From: Neptuniibacter sp. UBA6509
GTDB lineage: Bacteria; Pseudomonadota; Gammaproteobacteria; Pseudomonadales; Balneatricaceae
Assembly: GCF_002435145.1 (NCBI RefSeq)
Contig: NZ_DJLT01000115.1
Length of the DNA: 64,000 bases
Strand: one strand, 5' to 3'
Position 1 is the first letter of the stretch. Every line of letters begins with the position of its first letter. The notes under the pieces are model-generated. The model was given only the letters and a program-made list of their open reading frames with translations, did not search any database and was not told where the DNA came from. Positions 63,197 through 64,000 of the stretch are shown here, piece by piece. Made by a program: the position numbers and the translations under genes.

Positions 63197-64000
63197 GTTA
63201 TGGAATTAAAGCAGTGAATGAAAACGGCATTGCGCTAATTGATGATGAATACCCCGGTTTTGTTGCGTTGGGTAAATTTAGCGTTCAGAAAATCAACGTG
63301 CCTGGGTGTAGTGGCTGGGACTATAGAAAGATGTGGTATGTCGACATTGACGCGCCTGCGATGCCCATTGTCTTTTTAAAGATCCCAAATACATCTGATG
63401 ATAGTTTGTTGGGGCCAGCGCTTGGGATTTATTCACTGAGTGATAACGGTGACGGTTCCTATCGCGTTGTTGTTGCTGCAACGATTAACTACACGCCACC
63501 CGCTGGCTGTGTTCATGCGTTTATATCAGATAAACATGCAGGCCCAAGCAATGATAGGTTTGCTATGCGGGTATATAACGCGGCTCAAGATCTGGTGTTT
63601 GATTCAGGCCGTGAGCGGTTAAACGCACAAAAGTATGATTCATTTAATACAACGCTTTGGATTAACCAACCGCATGTGAATGCAAGCTCATACGGCACGC
63701 CAGATAATTATTATTGGTGGTATTACGATGTACCAACAGATACGCCTTCAATGCTTGATGTGGGGAGTTATACCACGGGGCAGCACGCCAATTATCAACA
63801 GGTTCCTCAGATTGGCTTGGGTGAGTTTATTATGATCCCGCTGTGGTATCGAACAGGGGCGCGTTTGAAGTTCGGTTATAAGCATGTGCTGTGTGATATT
63901 GATGATCAGGCTTCAACATATGCAAACCCACCGTACACAATTAACAAAATAAAAAATGGATTTAACTATTATTGGTTTTACGGTCATCGCACGCCGAACA
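63193..64000 (+). CDS. Tail accessory protein (3' partial; not in the ORF track)
   Basis: Hand translation MSYGIKAVNENGIALIDDEYPG...FAMRVYNAAQDLVFDSG... open to the window end. Confidence 0.7.
   Translation, partial: MSYGIKAVNENGIALIDDEYPGFVALGKFSVQKINVPGCSGWDYRKMWYVDIDAPAMPIVFLKIPNTSDDSLLGPALGIYSLSDNGDGSYRVVVAATINYTPPAGCVHAFISDKHAGPSNDRFAMRVYNAAQDLVFDSGRERLNAQKYDSFNTTLWINQPHVNASSYGTPDNYYWWYYDVPTDTPSMLDVGSYTTGQHANYQQVPQIGLGEFIMIPLWYRTGARLKFGYKHVLCDIDDQASTYANPPYTINKIKNGFNYYWFYGHRTPN

Larger units (their letters stand above)
28202..64000. mobile_element. Lambda-like temperate siphovirus prophage integrated at the tRNA-Ala 3' end; right end outside the window
   Basis: Integrase adjacent to the tRNA, immunity/replication/Q/lysis/cos/head/tail modules in lambdoid order. 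Confidence 0.93.

Noticed and set aside
864-63622. Many overlapping or antisense ORFs in the track (e.g. 4037-4375, 13539-13898, 40609-41043, 57472-57873)
   Set aside because: They are shadows of well-supported genes, with no motifs or RBS. Minus-strand ORFs in the prophage are inflated by the G+T skew.
63193-64000. Aromatic/Asn-rich terminal ORF as a diversity-generating retroelement target
   Set aside because: No reverse transcriptase or template repeat is visible in the window; cannot be supported.

Overview
The window has two parts. (1) Bases 1-~28,100 are chromosome of a marine gammaproteobacterium (Oceanospirillales-like is my impression only). They carry the end of a homoprotocatechuate/4-hydroxyphenylacetate meta-cleavage cluster (hpaG1-hpaG2-hpaE-hpaF), a TRAP transporter with a USP, rlmJ, OsmC, an MCP, ybiT, a LysR flanked by two probable targets, a tandem HAD protein with an unusual DWH motif, tal, dusA, dgkA, gltX and a CHASE-GGDEF-EAL protein. 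(2) From tRNA-Ala(GGC) (28126-28201) to the window end is an apparently near-intact lambda-like siphovirus prophage (at least 35.8 kb; attR is not in the window). It has int/xis, a leftward early operon, an immunity region, cro/cII, a frameshifted dNMP kinase, ASCH, a C5-methyltransferase, an initiator with iterons, a Q-like gene with PR' and terminators, lysis genes, a lambda-type cosQ/cosN, terminase, portal, a protease-capsid fusion, a tail with a GGGAAAG -1 frameshift and tail-tip genes. The immunity region is the most interesting part. Six 17-bp operators define OL and OR. Between them, where lambda carries rexAB, sit an orphan TagO/VasI-like exported protein, a coupled HipA-like kinase + DUF3037 pair, and an Xre regulator divergent from a 65-aa ORF that abuts a CI-like repressor with no autocleavage domain. 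These are candidates for a defence/TA module and an SOS-independent induction switch. A lipoprotein + transglutaminase-like (LapG-like) cysteine protease pair inside the tail module also stands out. Family assignments come from motif recognition by eye; no searches were run.
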